Shown here: positions 24,508 through 40,433 of the stretch, piece after piece
Position numbering within the stretch: the stretch's first letter is position 1
Layout: each line of letters begins with the position of its first letter
Assembly (NCBI GenBank): GCA_020855015.1
Contig: JAHKLP010000019.1
Coordinates: 33,246 to 97,245 of the forward strand
Origin: Methanobacterium sp.
Lineage (GTDB): Archaea > Methanobacteriota > Methanobacteria > Methanobacteriales > Methanobacteriaceae
Direction of reading: 5' to 3'
Length of the DNA: 64,000 nucleotides
Notes under the pieces: model-generated
The model's input: the letters and a program-made list of their open reading frames with translations, nothing else
The model's database searches: none
Told to the model about the DNA's origin: nothing
Translations under genes and position numbers: made by a program

Positions 24508-24786
24508 TTATCTGGATTTATATTTACTGTCAAATCTTCGCCAGGATTTAGCAATATATGGTTCACATTTGTCCAGTTCTGTTAAAAGACACATTTTGAT
24601 TGTTTCACTCTTAATTTCTTTTTCTTCATCAATTTTTTTATTAATATTAACCAATACTTCATTAATGATGTCTTTTTTTTCTTCCACAGTATATCCAGCA
24701 TCAATAGTGGCTTTTTGAAGAGATCCTTTAATTTTATTAGGATTGAAGGATTCTAGATTGCCTTTCTTTTTAATGACTTTCTTCAA
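24508..24786 (-). CDS. Stand-alone ATP-cone domain protein
   Basis: VIKK-x-G-x-x-E-x-F-x-x-x-KI-x-x-S...A motif; the protein ends after the cone. Confidence 0.85.
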   Translation of the reverse strand: MKKVIKKKGNLESFNPNKIKGSLQKATIDAGYTVEEKKDIINEVLVNINKKIDEEKEIKSETIKMCLLTELDKCEPYIAKSWRRFDSKYKSR

Positions 24787-24893
24787 ACATAATCACCCAT
24801 AGTCAATAAAACGTGTTTTATGTAACTTTATATGCGAAATATGATGATGCCTCACATTAAGTTTTGTTATGAAAGAGAATAAAAAAGAGATTA

Positions 24894-25718
24894 TTATTGT
24901 ATAATCTCTTCGAATGGCTGCACTATTACAAATCCATTACCTCTGAATTCCAACTGGAATTCTTCACCACTAGTTTTTCCAATCAAAGTTTTAAGTCCAA
25001 TATCAGTCTTCACAGAAGGTGTTAAGCCACCTGACCAGGCCACAGTTGCTTGCGGATCTGTGAATACGGGTTCATCAGGAGTTACTGTCAAGGTTATCGG
25101 TGTGAAATACGTGGTTATAGCCACCATCCCAGTTCCTTCTAATCTAATATTGAACAGACCTGCCCCAGAGCTAAGACCCACACCAGTACTCATCATCTTT
25201 ATGTCCCAGTCGATCTGATCTTCAAATGCTAGTAAATCATTCCCCTTCACAAAAATTCTTTCATTTTGAAGGTTCAAAACAACAACTGTTTTTCCATAAT
25301 CAGCCAGATAAACTTTTCCCTGGCCTTCCATTTTCATAAGAGTGGCTGATTCCCCAGTAACGGCTTTTTTTACAAATTTGTCCAGGCCATGTTCAAAAGC
25401 TCCCTCCTTCTTGAACTTCAAACCACCACTGTAGGCAACCATGGCACCTCTTTTAGCCCATACTCTCCCATTAACATTGATATTCAATAGATAATCGTTT
25501 TCGAGTTCAAAAATTTCACCAGTACCAGTTTTTTCTTTAGTTTTATTGATGAACTCATTAATACTATATTTTTTAGTTCCGCCTTGAACAGGTGCAGCCA
25601 CTTGCTGGACTTCCGGGGTTTGAGTTACTTCAGGCTCACTACCAGCACTTTCCATGGCTTCACCACAATTTGGACAAAATTTTCCTTGAACTTCAGTTCC
25701 ACAGTTTGGACAAAACAT
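24894..25718 (-). CDS. AIM24 family protein with N-terminal zinc ribbon
   Basis: FCPNCG..FCPNCG; GAMVAY, G-x-G-x-V-x-LA, DP-x-A-x-VAW and GE-x-FQL-x-F-x-G-x-GFV-x-VQP motifs. Confidence 0.88.
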   Translation of the reverse strand: MFCPNCGTEVQGKFCPNCGEAMESAGSEPEVTQTPEVQQVAAPVQGGTKKYSINEFINKTKEKTGTGEIFELENDYLLNINVNGRVWAKRGAMVAYSGGLKFKKEGAFEHGLDKFVKKAVTGESATLMKMEGQGKVYLADYGKTVVVLNLQNERIFVKGNDLLAFEDQIDWDIKMMSTGVGLSSGAGLFNIRLEGTGMVAITTYFTPITLTVTPDEPVFTDPQATVAWSGGLTPSVKTDIGLKTLIGKTSGEEFQLEFRGNGFVIVQPFEEIIQ

Positions 25719-25799
25719 GTTTAACACCTCAAAAAACTTTAACTTCCTGTTTAGACTTAGTCTTTTATAATTAATTAGGTTATTGTATTTGAAGTTTTA

Positions 25800-26519
25800 T
25801 CAAAAATTTTCTTGGTTTAGTAAATCGTTGATATCATCAATAACGTCTTTTACTGCAGTTTCAAGCATATTTTTACCCATTTCAAGATCAACAAACACAC
25901 CTTCTTCTGCAACCTTCTTTGCACCAATTTCGATTCCTGTATCTGCCTTTCGTGCCTCATCAAGACCAACCATTCCCACTTCAGGGTAGTCATCGAATTG
26001 GCAGTGTTCATGAAGGCGTGATTCATCCACAATTCCTAGAACTGCCCCTATTGAAAGTTCTCCAGCACCAGCATGAGGTCCTTCAATTTCCACGATTTTA
26101 TTGTTGAAAACAATTTCTAATTGTGTATCTTTTTTAATTTTGTTAAGATAATCTTTGATGGAAACGTTTCCACCATGACCATTTACAAGAACCACTGCTT
26201 CCAAACCCAAATTACTCTTAGCCCGTTTTAAGGTAGGAACGAGTTCTTTTTCGACCAGCACCCCTGATGGAAGATGAACTCCATGTTTAACATAATCATA
26301 CTCGGTTGCAGCGTAGAGAACTCCTATAAACTTAGCTCCAGTGCGAAATGAGGCTTCTAATGCGATGTAGGCTGATATTTTAGAATCGGTGTCAATTGGT
26401 AGTGATGCACCATGATTCTCCAGATGGGAACCAACAGCCAAAATTCCTATTTTATGAACATCCGGTGAAATCACATTACCTGAATAGTAGCGAAGTTCAA
26501 TCATGTTCATTTCTTCCAC
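25800..26519 (-). CDS. arfB: FAPy deformylase ArfB (creatininase family; riboflavin/F420 precursor pathway)
   Basis: GSHLENHG-x-x-LPIDTD, NGHGGN and HAG-x-GE motifs. Confidence 0.85.
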   Translation of the reverse strand: MEEMNMIELRYYSGNVISPDVHKIGILAVGSHLENHGASLPIDTDSKISAYIALEASFRTGAKFIGVLYAATEYDYVKHGVHLPSGVLVEKELVPTLKRAKSNLGLEAVVLVNGHGGNVSIKDYLNKIKKDTQLEIVFNNKIVEIEGPHAGAGELSIGAVLGIVDESRLHEHCQFDDYPEVGMVGLDEARKADTGIEIGAKKVAEEGVFVDLEMGKNMLETAVKDVIDDINDLLNQENF

Positions 26520-26527
26520 AGATCAAT

Positions 26528-27013
26528 CTATTTAGTGTCTGCCACATCTTTAGTCTTGTGATATGCCAATAAAAGGAGAATGAATACTATTGGCATTAAT
26601 ATATCCAAGTAGAGTACTGCTCCTGCATTACCTGCAGCCAGATTACCAGTTTGATTGATATTATAGATGTGGCCAATAGCAGCACCCCACATGAACACAG
26701 CATAAGCAATGATAGTCGGTGCCCAGAAACTACGATATTTAATGGATATAAGGCCCAAAATACCATAAGAAATGTTTGCAAATCCTACTTCTCGTAAGAA
26801 GGGAGTGTTAGGCCATCCCACAGATTGGGCAACCATTTCTGGGGAGAAAACTTGAGCTAGGCCACTGAAAATGGATCCCACACCTATTCCAAAACCCAGA
26901 AACCATAATAACAAGACTTCTATTAATCTATTTTTTGTCCGTTCTTTCCTTATAAAAAAATGTATTAAAGCTCCAACTAAGGGAACTGCAACAAATATAT
27001 ACCACATTTCCAT
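26528..27013 (-). CDS. Four-helix membrane protein (DUF6790-like)
   Basis: 'A-x-SVGWP-x-x-PF-x-x-EVGFAN', 'GAAIGHI' and 'GN-x-A-x-GNAG' motifs. Confidence 0.7.
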   Translation of the reverse strand: MEMWYIFVAVPLVGALIHFFIRKERTKNRLIEVLLLWFLGFGIGVGSIFSGLAQVFSPEMVAQSVGWPNTPFLREVGFANISYGILGLISIKYRSFWAPTIIAYAVFMWGAAIGHIYNINQTGNLAAGNAGAVLYLDILMPIVFILLLLAYHKTKDVADTK

Positions 27014-27115
27014 TTATAATAACCCCCATTGATTAAACAATGCTTGATAAAATATGAAATTGTGCTTAAACATATGCTATTTATTCTATGTTTTTCAAAA
27101 ATTTGAATTTTATCA

Positions 27116-27946
<831 letters not shown>

Positions 27947-27992
27947 ACAAATACCAGCAATAATAGCTGGAATATTTTTTTTAGGAGGAAAA

Positions 27993-29070
<1,078 letters not shown>

Positions 29071-29137
29071 TGTTAGGTCATTTTATGAATTATTTTTCAT
29101 CTCTTTTTAGAAGATCACCCCCAAAAAATATAACTTC

Positions 29138-30552
<1,415 letters not shown>

Positions 30553-30632
30553 ATATATTTTTGACTGATATAAACTGATTAATTTGATGCTATTAAAATT
30601 AAACTATTTTTCACACAATCTAAGTGGTTTTT

Positions 30633-31844
30633 ATGGTAGAGTTATTGGCACCTGCTCGGGATTTCACCGCCCTTAGATCTGCACTTAATAATGGGGCAGA
30701 TGCAGTTTATATTGGTTTAGATGGCTACAATATGCGCGCCCACTCCGGCAACTTCACCATAGCTAACCTTGATCAGGCTGCTGATACTTGCCACCAGTAT
30801 GATGCTGGTCTCTATGTCTGTACAAATACTGTAATGAAAAATAGGGATATAGATCAACTTAAAACCATATTACCCCAGATTCAATCTGCAGGAGCTGACG
30901 CTATAATTGCATCTGATCTTGGTGTTCTTAAAATTGCATCTGACGCAAATATAGAGGTTCATCTGAGTGTTCAGGCCAACATATCCAACTCAGAATCCTT
31001 GAAACTATTGGCTGATCTGGGTGTTAAAAGGGTGATTCTATCCCGTGAATTATCCCTACATGAAATTAGAGAAATAATCAAGGACAGTCCTCTTGAAGTA
31101 GAGGTTTTTGTGCACGGAGCAATGTGTCTGGCTATTTCCGGAAGATGTTTTTTAAGTTCATATCTTTACCAGAAGAATGCAAACTGTGGAGAGTGTTTGC
31201 AACCATGTCGGAAAGAATGGAAACTCATTTCAGAAGATAATAGTGTTTCATTAACTGTTACTGAAGGAAAAGAATTGAATCAAGGTACTTGTGGATTTAA
31301 AGGACATATTTTAAGTCCTAATGATCTGTGTATGGTCGAACACATTCCGGAACTAATTAAGGCAGGAATATCTTCCTTTAAGATTGAAGGGAGAGCTAGA
31401 CCGGCAGAATATGTGGCCACAGTTACCAAAGTTTATCGGGAAGCCATTAACTCTTATCAAAGCGGTACATGGGAATTTCAGGACCGGTGGATAGACAAAT
31501 TGAAAGGGGTTTATAATCGCGGTTTTGACACTGGATTCTACTTCCAAAAAGCCCACAAGACCAGTAACTACAATCAAGCCACATATACCAAACAAGACAT
31601 CGGAGAAGTGGTTAATTATTATTCTAAAGTGAAAGCTGCGGAGATACGGCTTTGGCATCCCCTAAAAGTAAGTGATGAGATATTAGTGCAGGGCCCGACT
31701 ACCGGTTCTGTTACTGGGAAGGTAGAATCACTTCAGATCATGGGTGAAAACATACAAAAAGCTAAAGAAGGAAATGTGGGAGTTCTGTTTAAACATAAAG
31801 TACGACCAGGAGATTTAGTTTACCTAAGAGTCAAAAGAACTTAG
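30633..31844 (+). CDS. U32 family protein (TrhP/RlhA-like Fe-S protein)
   Basis: ELLAPA, GADAVY, ELS, HGAMC-x-x-x-SGRC, C-x-QPCR and KIEGR motifs. Confidence 0.9.
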   Translation: MVELLAPARDFTALRSALNNGADAVYIGLDGYNMRAHSGNFTIANLDQAADTCHQYDAGLYVCTNTVMKNRDIDQLKTILPQIQSAGADAIIASDLGVLKIASDANIEVHLSVQANISNSESLKLLADLGVKRVILSRELSLHEIREIIKDSPLEVEVFVHGAMCLAISGRCFLSSYLYQKNANCGECLQPCRKEWKLISEDNSVSLTVTEGKELNQGTCGFKGHILSPNDLCMVEHIPELIKAGISSFKIEGRARPAEYVATVTKVYREAINSYQSGTWEFQDRWIDKLKGVYNRGFDTGFYFQKAHKTSNYNQATYTKQDIGEVVNYYSKVKAAEIRLWHPLKVSDEILVQGPTTGSVTGKVESLQIMGENIQKAKEGNVGVLFKHKVRPGDLVYLRVKRT

Positions 31845-31905
31845 ATAATAAAATCATGAAAAACTTGATTGTAGATTTATTTGGTTTTCTTTTTATTCTC
31901 AGTTC

Positions 31906-32226
31906 TTATTGTTTCTGATATCCATATAACATGGAAGTAACAACGAATAATGCTATCTTAAACATAAGATTTCCTTATGAACATAATAATCTGACAGCTT
32001 ACCTGAAAGTATTATGACTATGGTTGATGCCGGCATGTAAATTGTAAAAGGGCATAGACATAGTAAGACATACTTCCCAAATTACTGATTATGTTGGGAA
32101 TTGCATGATAATAATAGAGTTTTCCAGAACACCATCAAACGACCAATCCTAAGGCCGGCCATCATAACTTGAAGCTGCTCGATTTAAATTATCACTCAAT
32201 CTATCCGTTTTATGCCGAAAATTCAT
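31906..32226 (-). pseudogene. Degraded 5' fragment of a DHA2 (EmrB/QacA-like) MFS transporter
   Basis: Frame-hopping translation gives ...VMMAGL..VLENSIII..IPNIISNLGSMSYYV..PFTIYMPASTIVIILSGKLSDYYVHK..IALFVVTSMLYG; several frameshifts and stops; truncated. Confidence 0.7.
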
Positions 32227-32363
32227 TGTATATGCCTTTTATTTTTATCAATGTTGATTTAACAGTTTTTATAGCTTTTTGAAGCTCTTCAGTCTCTTCT
32301 GTATCCAATGATGTAAGGTTTTGATGAGATTACTTTCTGAGAAAAAACAGGAAAATATTTCAT
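32210..32363 (-). pseudogene. Possible internally deleted MarR-type regulator remnant
   Basis: MKYFPVFSQK.. followed by QNLTSLDTEETEELQKAIKTVKSTLIKI, resembling a MarR C-terminal helix; lies directly upstream of the MFS remnant. Confidence 0.4.
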
Positions 32364-32511
32364 AATATGGGGATCATTAAAAAAAGGTTATAATCAAAAA
32401 AATTATATTAATTGATATAAATCTTGAGATTCACTAACTTAATCTTAAGATATCAAGAGATTTGATAACTACCATTATTTGAGAATTCTTGAGGTGTGAG
32501 GAGTTGATATT

Positions 32512-32981
<470 letters not shown>

Positions 32982-32985
<4 letters not shown>

Positions 32986-33779
32986 GTAAGACCAAACACA
33001 TTGCCATTTACGGCAAGGGAGGTATTGGTAAATCCACCATAGTATCCAACCTGGCTGCAGCCTACTCTAAAAATAGAAATGTGCTGGTTATTGGCTGCGA
33101 CCCCAAAGCAGACACCACCCGCACCCTGGTAGGGCGAAGGATTCCCACCATCCTGGATATTTTAAAAGAAAAAAGAGACACCAATCAGGAAGATGTTCTA
33201 TTCCATGGATATGGAAATGTGAAGTGTGTGGAAAGTGGCGGTCCTGAACCTGGTGTTGGATGTGCAGGGAGAGGAGTTATTGTAGCTATGAAACTCTTGG
33301 AGAATTTGGAAGTTTTTTCCGAAGATGTAGATATAATTATCTATGATGTGCTGGGAGATGTAGTTTGTGGAGGCTTTGCAGTGCCCCTCAGGGAAGATTT
33401 CGCTGATGAAGTATACATAGTAACTTCTGGAGAATATATGGCATTATACGCAGCCAATAACATATCTAAGGGCATTAAAAAGCTTAAAAGCAATCTGGGG
33501 GGCATAATCTGCAACTGCCGAGGCATCCATCGAGAAATGGAAATTGTGGAAGAATTCGCTTACAGAATTGGAAGTCAAGTTATTGGAGTAATCCCACGCA
33601 GTGAATTAGTCCAAAAAAGTGAAATTGATGCAAAAACAGTTGTAGAAAAATTTCCGGACTCTGAACAGGCAAATCAATATAAAAATCTTTCAAAATCAAT
33701 CTATAATAACCAAGAATTTGTGATTCCCGAGCCAATGGATGTGGAAGAATTTGAAGAATTCTTCAGAACATTTCAGTAA
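32982..33779 (+). CDS. cfbC: Ni-sirohydrochlorin a,c-diamide reductive cyclase, NifH-like subunit (coenzyme F430 synthesis)
   Basis: YGKGGIGKST, GCDPKAD, ESGGPEPGVGCAGRG and DVLGDVVCGGFA motifs; no nifDK or nifI nearby. Confidence 0.85.
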
Positions 33780-33810
33780 CCATTTATTTTATTATAAAAG
33801 TCTTTGAATC

Positions 33811-34248
33811 TCAAATATTCTTTCTTTCTAATCCTATTTCTTTAAAGGCATTAGAAACTGCATATTCCGCATCATCAATATTTAAAAAATAAATTAAATG
33901 GGAATTGCATTTACAATCAGAACATCCGAAGCCCTGAACTTCTTTTCCATTCTCTGCAATACTTTTGGCCAGTTCACATTCGTGTTTAACTCCATCATCT
34001 GAAAAGTAAACTTCATTTATCAAGGATTGAGGATTATCCAGAAGGTAATCAACATGCCAGTGAAGTTTTTTATCCTTGCTTAAATGTCTTTGAATTCTAC
34101 CTTCCAGAGAGTTCATGGCCGAACCAATATAAACATAACAACCCTTATAAAAGTTGATTTTTCCTTTTTGGCCTATGATGATTTTTTTATCCGCTTTCTG
34201 ATGGATCAAAAGGCAATATGTGCCTTTTCGAACTGTTTTAATACTCAT
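33811..34248 (-). CDS. DUF123 / GIY-YIG-like endonuclease
   Basis: KGTY-x-L, Y-x-YIGSA, R-x-x-RH, HWHVDYLL and GFGCSDC-x-C-x-SHL motifs. Confidence 0.88.
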   Translation of the reverse strand: MSIKTVRKGTYCLLIHQKADKKIIIGQKGKINFYKGCYVYIGSAMNSLEGRIQRHLSKDKKLHWHVDYLLDNPQSLINEVYFSDDGVKHECELAKSIAENGKEVQGFGCSDCKCNSHLIYFLNIDDAEYAVSNAFKEIGLERKNI

Positions 34249-34320
34249 AGAATGATATCCTTTTTTTAGTGATTTTTTTATTTGTAAGATTATCAATCTC
34301 TTTTAGAATTTACTACATGA

Positions 34321-35133
34321 TTAAAAATCCATGATTTCTGCACCAGACTCCAGAGGGAGGAATTTATCTTCAAATTCATTCTTGAATCTACATAAAGCTT
34401 CAAATCCTGTGCAATGCCCAAGGGCTATGAGTTCAGGTTTAATTTTTTTAAATTCATTCAATGTTCGCCCTATTCTCTTAGGATCGGCATTAATAAGATG
34501 TGATCCCCCAATAACGCCATATATTTCATCTTGAAAATACTCCATGGCTGAATAAAGGATATTTACAATACCAAGATGGGCGCAACCGGATATAATCACT
34601 AAACCATTATCAGTTTCCACAACCAAATTCAATTCATCACTAAATTTATCTTTTAAAAATTTACCCTCTCTTTTAATGGATAAATATGAGGGGATGTTTT
34701 CAAAATCACAATATTTATCCACATTATTGAAAATCCACAGATTACTTCCTATTTTTGTAGTTTCAGCAACGAATTCCAGTTCTATGCCTGATTTATCAAG
34801 ATCAACTGATTTTGGAAAACCTATGTATCGTGAATTCCCATCTAATACAGCATATTTGGGAATTAACGCATCAGAATGCAAAAAAAACTTGGCCCCTGTA
34901 TTATGTAGAGCTGGAATGCCTCCAGTGTGGTCGTCATGCCCATGACTTAACACAACCTTGTCTACAGAATCTAAACCAAGCAGATCAAAGTTATGTTTAA
35001 AAACTTGGGGGGTCTTTCCAGCATCCATTATGATCTTTTCATTGTCTAAATTCAAAAATAATGAAAATCCATGTTCAGCATACAAATTTGAAGCGAAAAG
35101 GGCTCGATTATCCACAATACAACTGATTTTCAT
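34321..35133 (-). CDS. Metallo-beta-lactamase fold hydrolase (COG1237-like)
   Basis: AEHGFS, SHGHDDHTGG, SGCAH-x-G, GG-x-HL and HCTG motifs. Confidence 0.88.
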   Translation of the reverse strand: MKISCIVDNRALFASNLYAEHGFSLFLNLDNEKIIMDAGKTPQVFKHNFDLLGLDSVDKVVLSHGHDDHTGGIPALHNTGAKFFLHSDALIPKYAVLDGNSRYIGFPKSVDLDKSGIELEFVAETTKIGSNLWIFNNVDKYCDFENIPSYLSIKREGKFLKDKFSDELNLVVETDNGLVIISGCAHLGIVNILYSAMEYFQDEIYGVIGGSHLINADPKRIGRTLNEFKKIKPELIALGHCTGFEALCRFKNEFEDKFLPLESGAEIMDF

Positions 35134-35262
35134 AGTAACACGTCAAATTGAAGTGAGTTATTTAATATTTATTTTAAATATTCTTAAATATATTAAATCC
35201 ATACTACCAAAATTCAATAAATACTAAAATTGAATTCAGGGATAGTTATTAACCGGGATGGA

Positions 35263-35688
35263 ATGACCATGGAATACACCTTCACAGCTAAAGGACACTA
35301 TAATGTTACCTCCAAACATCGTACTACATTCGAAGTAACTCAAGATATAGATATGGGGCTTAGAGCAGATTGTATTGTTGGAGTAGCTTCAATCGCGTCC
35401 TTAAATGACCTGCCGCACAATATGAAGGAAACTATTCGTAACGAAAACGTCAAAATTAAGATTATTCTAGAAACAGAAAATGCTACAGATTCTATTACTG
35501 GACATGGTCATCCTGCACTTACCCTGGATCATCCCACAGATATAGTATGCCGTAAAAGTGATTACACTTGCAGCCGAACCCTAATGATAGGTGCGGATAA
35601 GGCAGCAGTTGATTTAAACTCTGATCTGGTAGAGGATCTTAGATCTGGGAAAACTCTAGAAGTTACCATAATTGTTAACACAACATAG
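35263..35688 (+). CDS. DUF371 family protein
   Basis: AKGH-x-NV-x-x-x-H-x-TTFE-x-T, DCI, V-x-RKS-x-Y-x-x-x-RT and ADKAA-x-D motifs. Confidence 0.88.
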   Translation: MTMEYTFTAKGHYNVTSKHRTTFEVTQDIDMGLRADCIVGVASIASLNDLPHNMKETIRNENVKIKIILETENATDSITGHGHPALTLDHPTDIVCRKSDYTCSRTLMIGADKAAVDLNSDLVEDLRSGKTLEVTIIVNTT

Positions 35689-35727
35689 AACTTAAAAAAA
35701 ATGTTTCGAGAATTAATATTCTCTAAA

Positions 35728-35822
<95 letters not shown>

Positions 35823-35869
35823 GATTCTCACACAAGAGAGTAAAGCATACCATCATCTCTCACTTTCAC

Positions 35870-35877
35870 TATTTAAA
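35870..35877 (-). promoter_or_regulatory. TATA box for tRNA-Leu
   Basis: TTTAAATA on the minus strand about 55 nt upstream of the mature 5' end. Confidence 0.5.
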
Positions 35878-35935
35878 GGTTACTTCCCTAAACTTAATAC
35901 CTAAGACCTTTCTAAATGTTATTGACCGTGATTTT

Positions 35936-36226
35936 ATGGATGCTGTGAAAATAGTTGGAGATGATTTGTTAGTTAATATTGAAGTCTCACCGCGTTCTGA
36001 TCATTTTGATATCTCCTCTTACAACCCTTGGAGGAAAACCCTAGAAGTTAAGTTAAAATCACCCCCTCTGAAGGGAAAGGCTAATAAAGAAATAGTTAAA
36101 GAGTTTTCAAAATTAACTGGTCGGAAAGTAGCCATTGTTTCTGGACTTAAAAGTCATCAAAAAATTGTAAAAATTCCCAATATAAGCAAAAAAGATTTTA
36201 TGAAAAAAATCGAAGAAAAAATATGA
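35936..36226 (+). CDS. UPF0235/DUF167 family protein
   Basis: V-x-P, PP-x-x-GKAN-x-E and G-x-KS-x-x-K motifs. Confidence 0.9.
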   Translation: MDAVKIVGDDLLVNIEVSPRSDHFDISSYNPWRKTLEVKLKSPPLKGKANKEIVKEFSKLTGRKVAIVSGLKSHQKIVKIPNISKKDFMKKIEEKI

Positions 36227-36242
36227 TATTTTTCTAATTTTA

Positions 36243-37346
36243 CTATTTCCCAGATAAATATTTCAATCCAGGTAATTTATCCAGGATCATTAGTGTGATT
36301 AAAGATACAATTAAAGTTAGAAATACGAATATAGGAATGTTATAGATAGGATTGGTATTTACAGATAACAAACCGAAATATTCAAAGAACCTTAATACCA
36401 AGATATTTAAAAGGTATATCCCATAACTGAATAAGCTTACTTTTATTATCAAACCGTTCAATGACCAATTCTTCACAGACCAAGAGCTGAAATCTGTATT
36501 TTTTATAATTATAAAGACTCCAGTAGCTTGTAAAAAGGCATTAGGTGTCAGATCTCCTAATTGAATGAAAGTCAAATCCAATTGACCAGTTTGATAAGTT
36601 AGATAGATGGTCCCCACAAAGGTGATTAATGTACCAGTTATAAAGAGAATGAGTCCGAAAAGACGACTATTCAAATACTTGGACTCTTTTTTCGCCAGAT
36701 AATATCCAAGAACGAAATAACCAATGAATCCACTGAAGTATATCAGGTAGTTTTCCAACAGGAAACTAACTGAAAAGAAGCCCAATAATAGTGTGATTAA
36801 CCATATGACTAAAAAATATTCAACTTCTCTGTCGTTAGAGTTTTTTATCCACTTTGAAATTATGGGAGTAACCAAATACAGCCCTACGATCATGTATATG
36901 AACCAGAACTGAATGGCAACTATGGTAGGATCAAGAAAGGCTTTGCCAATAAATTCCAAAACTGCGAAAAGAGTATAATTCTCGCCTAAAACATTCTGAA
37001 AATTAATTTTAAAAAATATATAAATGAAATTCCATAAAATAAATGGAATAAGCACTCTCTTCAATCTACGGCTGAGAAAGTCAGTTAATTCATATTCACG
37101 ATTCAGTAGAAGATAACCAGATATCATGACAAAAGCAATGATACCAAAACGGCTTAATGATTCGAAAAAGGTAGCTATCAACCAGAAATTACTCTGATAA
37201 CTGATATCGGTGAGGTAACTGGAAGAAACATGTATAACCAAAATAGCAACAATGGCCAGTGCTCGAACCCAATCAACCCAAAGTATCCTGTCTTTAAAAC
37301 CTTCACTTTTTAAACTTTTTCTGATATTTTCCGTAATTGATAGCAT
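36243..37346 (-). CDS. Acyltransferase_3 family membrane O-acyltransferase
   Basis: D-x-x-R-x-x-AI-x-x-I-x-x-IH, FVMISGY, R-x-KR-x-x-IP, WF-x-Y, SYGIYL motifs; about 10 TM segments. Confidence 0.88.
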   Translation of the reverse strand: MLSITENIRKSLKSEGFKDRILWVDWVRALAIVAILVIHVSSSYLTDISYQSNFWLIATFFESLSRFGIIAFVMISGYLLLNREYELTDFLSRRLKRVLIPFILWNFIYIFFKINFQNVLGENYTLFAVLEFIGKAFLDPTIVAIQFWFIYMIVGLYLVTPIISKWIKNSNDREVEYFLVIWLITLLLGFFSVSFLLENYLIYFSGFIGYFVLGYYLAKKESKYLNSRLFGLILFITGTLITFVGTIYLTYQTGQLDLTFIQLGDLTPNAFLQATGVFIIIKNTDFSSWSVKNWSLNGLIIKVSLFSYGIYLLNILVLRFFEYFGLLSVNTNPIYNIPIFVFLTLIVSLITLMILDKLPGLKYLSGK

Positions 37347-37433
37347 GAATAATTCTCCAGATAATAGGAAAATGAAGTCAAAAATAAATAGGGTTATGAT
37401 CCCCTTGAAAAAACTTAAACTATTGATCTCACC

Positions 37434-38369
<936 letters not shown>

Positions 38370-38388
38370 TAAATCACCAATTAGTCAT

Positions 38389-38856
<468 letters not shown>

Positions 38857-39087
38857 AAATACACCGTTTTATTCTTCTTGGAAAGTTTTATATATCTCGC
38901 TCCTATTAACCATTACCATGAATCATTTGGAAATTGTAGCCAACCAATTAACAAATGTTCTTGATCTGAATTAAATTTATTAATTCCCCTAAAAATTTTA
39001 GTTTCATCTTGACTATGAACATTTAAACCAGAAATCATCCCTATGATTTAACAAATGAATGCAAAGCTATAGAATGGAGAATGGATA

Positions 39088-39933
39088 ATGAAAGCTGTCA
39101 TACCTGCGGCAGGCCTCGGAACCCGGTTTTTACCAGCGACTAAGGCCCAACCAAAAGAAATGTTACCGGTTTATAATAAACCAACCATCCAATACGTGGT
39201 TGAAGAGGCAGTGGCCTCCGGAATCGATGATATACTGATTATAACTGGTAAGGGAAAAAGATCAATTGAAGATCATTTTGACCGTTCCTTTGAACTGGAG
39301 TACTCCCTTCGTAACTGTGGCAAAATGGATTATCTGGTAGAGGTTGAGGCCATATCTGAAATGGCAGATATATATTACGTTAGACAAAAACAACAGAAGG
39401 GACTGGGAGATGCCATACTCTGTGCCGAAAAACACATCGACGGACAGCCATTCGCCGTGCTTTTAGGAGACACAATAACTCAATCTTCAACTCCTTGCAC
39501 CAGACAGCTCCTGGATATACATGAAAAATATGATGCATCATCTATTGCAATTGAAAGGGTTCCACGTGATAAAATTGAACGCTATGGAATTATCAAAGGA
39601 CAACAAGTTGAAGATGCTGTTTATAAAATTGAAGATATGGTTGAAAAGCCCCGGCCAGAGGATGCACCATCAGATCTGGCCATCACAGGACGTTACGTGC
39701 TGGATTCTGAAATATTTGACCATCTTGATGACATTCCTCCAGGTGTGGGTGGGGAGATACAACTCACCGACGCCATGCGGCGTTTAGACAATATTTACGG
39801 CCATATATTTGATGGTAAAATGTATGACATTGGAAACAATGTAGAATGGCTTAAAAGCTCCCTGGAGATAGCTCTACAGGACCCTGAAGTCAATGGAGAA
39901 TTAAGGGAATATTTAAGAAATATTCTGAAATAA
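39088..39933 (+). CDS. galU: UTP--glucose-1-phosphate uridylyltransferase
   Basis: KAVIPAAGLGTRFLPATKAQPKEMLP, VEKP and GEIQLTDA motifs. Confidence 0.95.
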   Translation: MKAVIPAAGLGTRFLPATKAQPKEMLPVYNKPTIQYVVEEAVASGIDDILIITGKGKRSIEDHFDRSFELEYSLRNCGKMDYLVEVEAISEMADIYYVRQKQQKGLGDAILCAEKHIDGQPFAVLLGDTITQSSTPCTRQLLDIHEKYDASSIAIERVPRDKIERYGIIKGQQVEDAVYKIEDMVEKPRPEDAPSDLAITGRYVLDSEIFDHLDDIPPGVGGEIQLTDAMRRLDNIYGHIFDGKMYDIGNNVEWLKSSLEIALQDPEVNGELREYLRNILK

Positions 39934-40007
39934 TAACATATTTTTTCTTTTTAAAGGTCAAATCCCTGATTTAAACAATTGCTGAAGATATGCCTGTTTA
40001 CCCTTAA

Positions 40008-40430
40008 TTAAGATTTTTTTAGATAAACTATCAAAGAAAAACCAATTAAATAAATTAGGAATGTCCCTATTCCATAAAAATATTCTAAACTTGAGATAGT
40101 AATCGTTTGAAAAAGATATGTGTAGATTATAGTTAATCCTGAAAATATCATTAAAACTAGTAGAATCAAAGGAAATATTTTTTTAACACGAGTAAAAATA
40201 GAAATTAACATTAAAACATAAAAAACGCCTAGAGATCCATAAATCAAATATAAAGGATTTCTTGAAGTCTGGAAATCAAAAAATTTAGAAAATAATGAGG
40301 TTATAATTAAAATTGAGATAATTATACTCCATATTAAGTGAAATAAAAATCTTTTCACACTAAGATTACTAACATTAGCCAAATCATTAACAGAATCTGA
40401 TAGTCTATAAATGAAATCTTTTCCAAGCAT
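40008..40430 (-). CDS. Hypothetical four-TM membrane protein
   Basis: Four hydrophobic segments; starts 3 nt after the galE stop; very AT-rich. Confidence 0.6.
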   Translation of the reverse strand: MLGKDFIYRLSDSVNDLANVSNLSVKRFLFHLIWSIIISILIITSLFSKFFDFQTSRNPLYLIYGSLGVFYVLMLISIFTRVKKIFPLILLVLMIFSGLTIIYTYLFQTITISSLEYFYGIGTFLIYLIGFSLIVYLKKS

Positions 40431-40433
40431 ATA

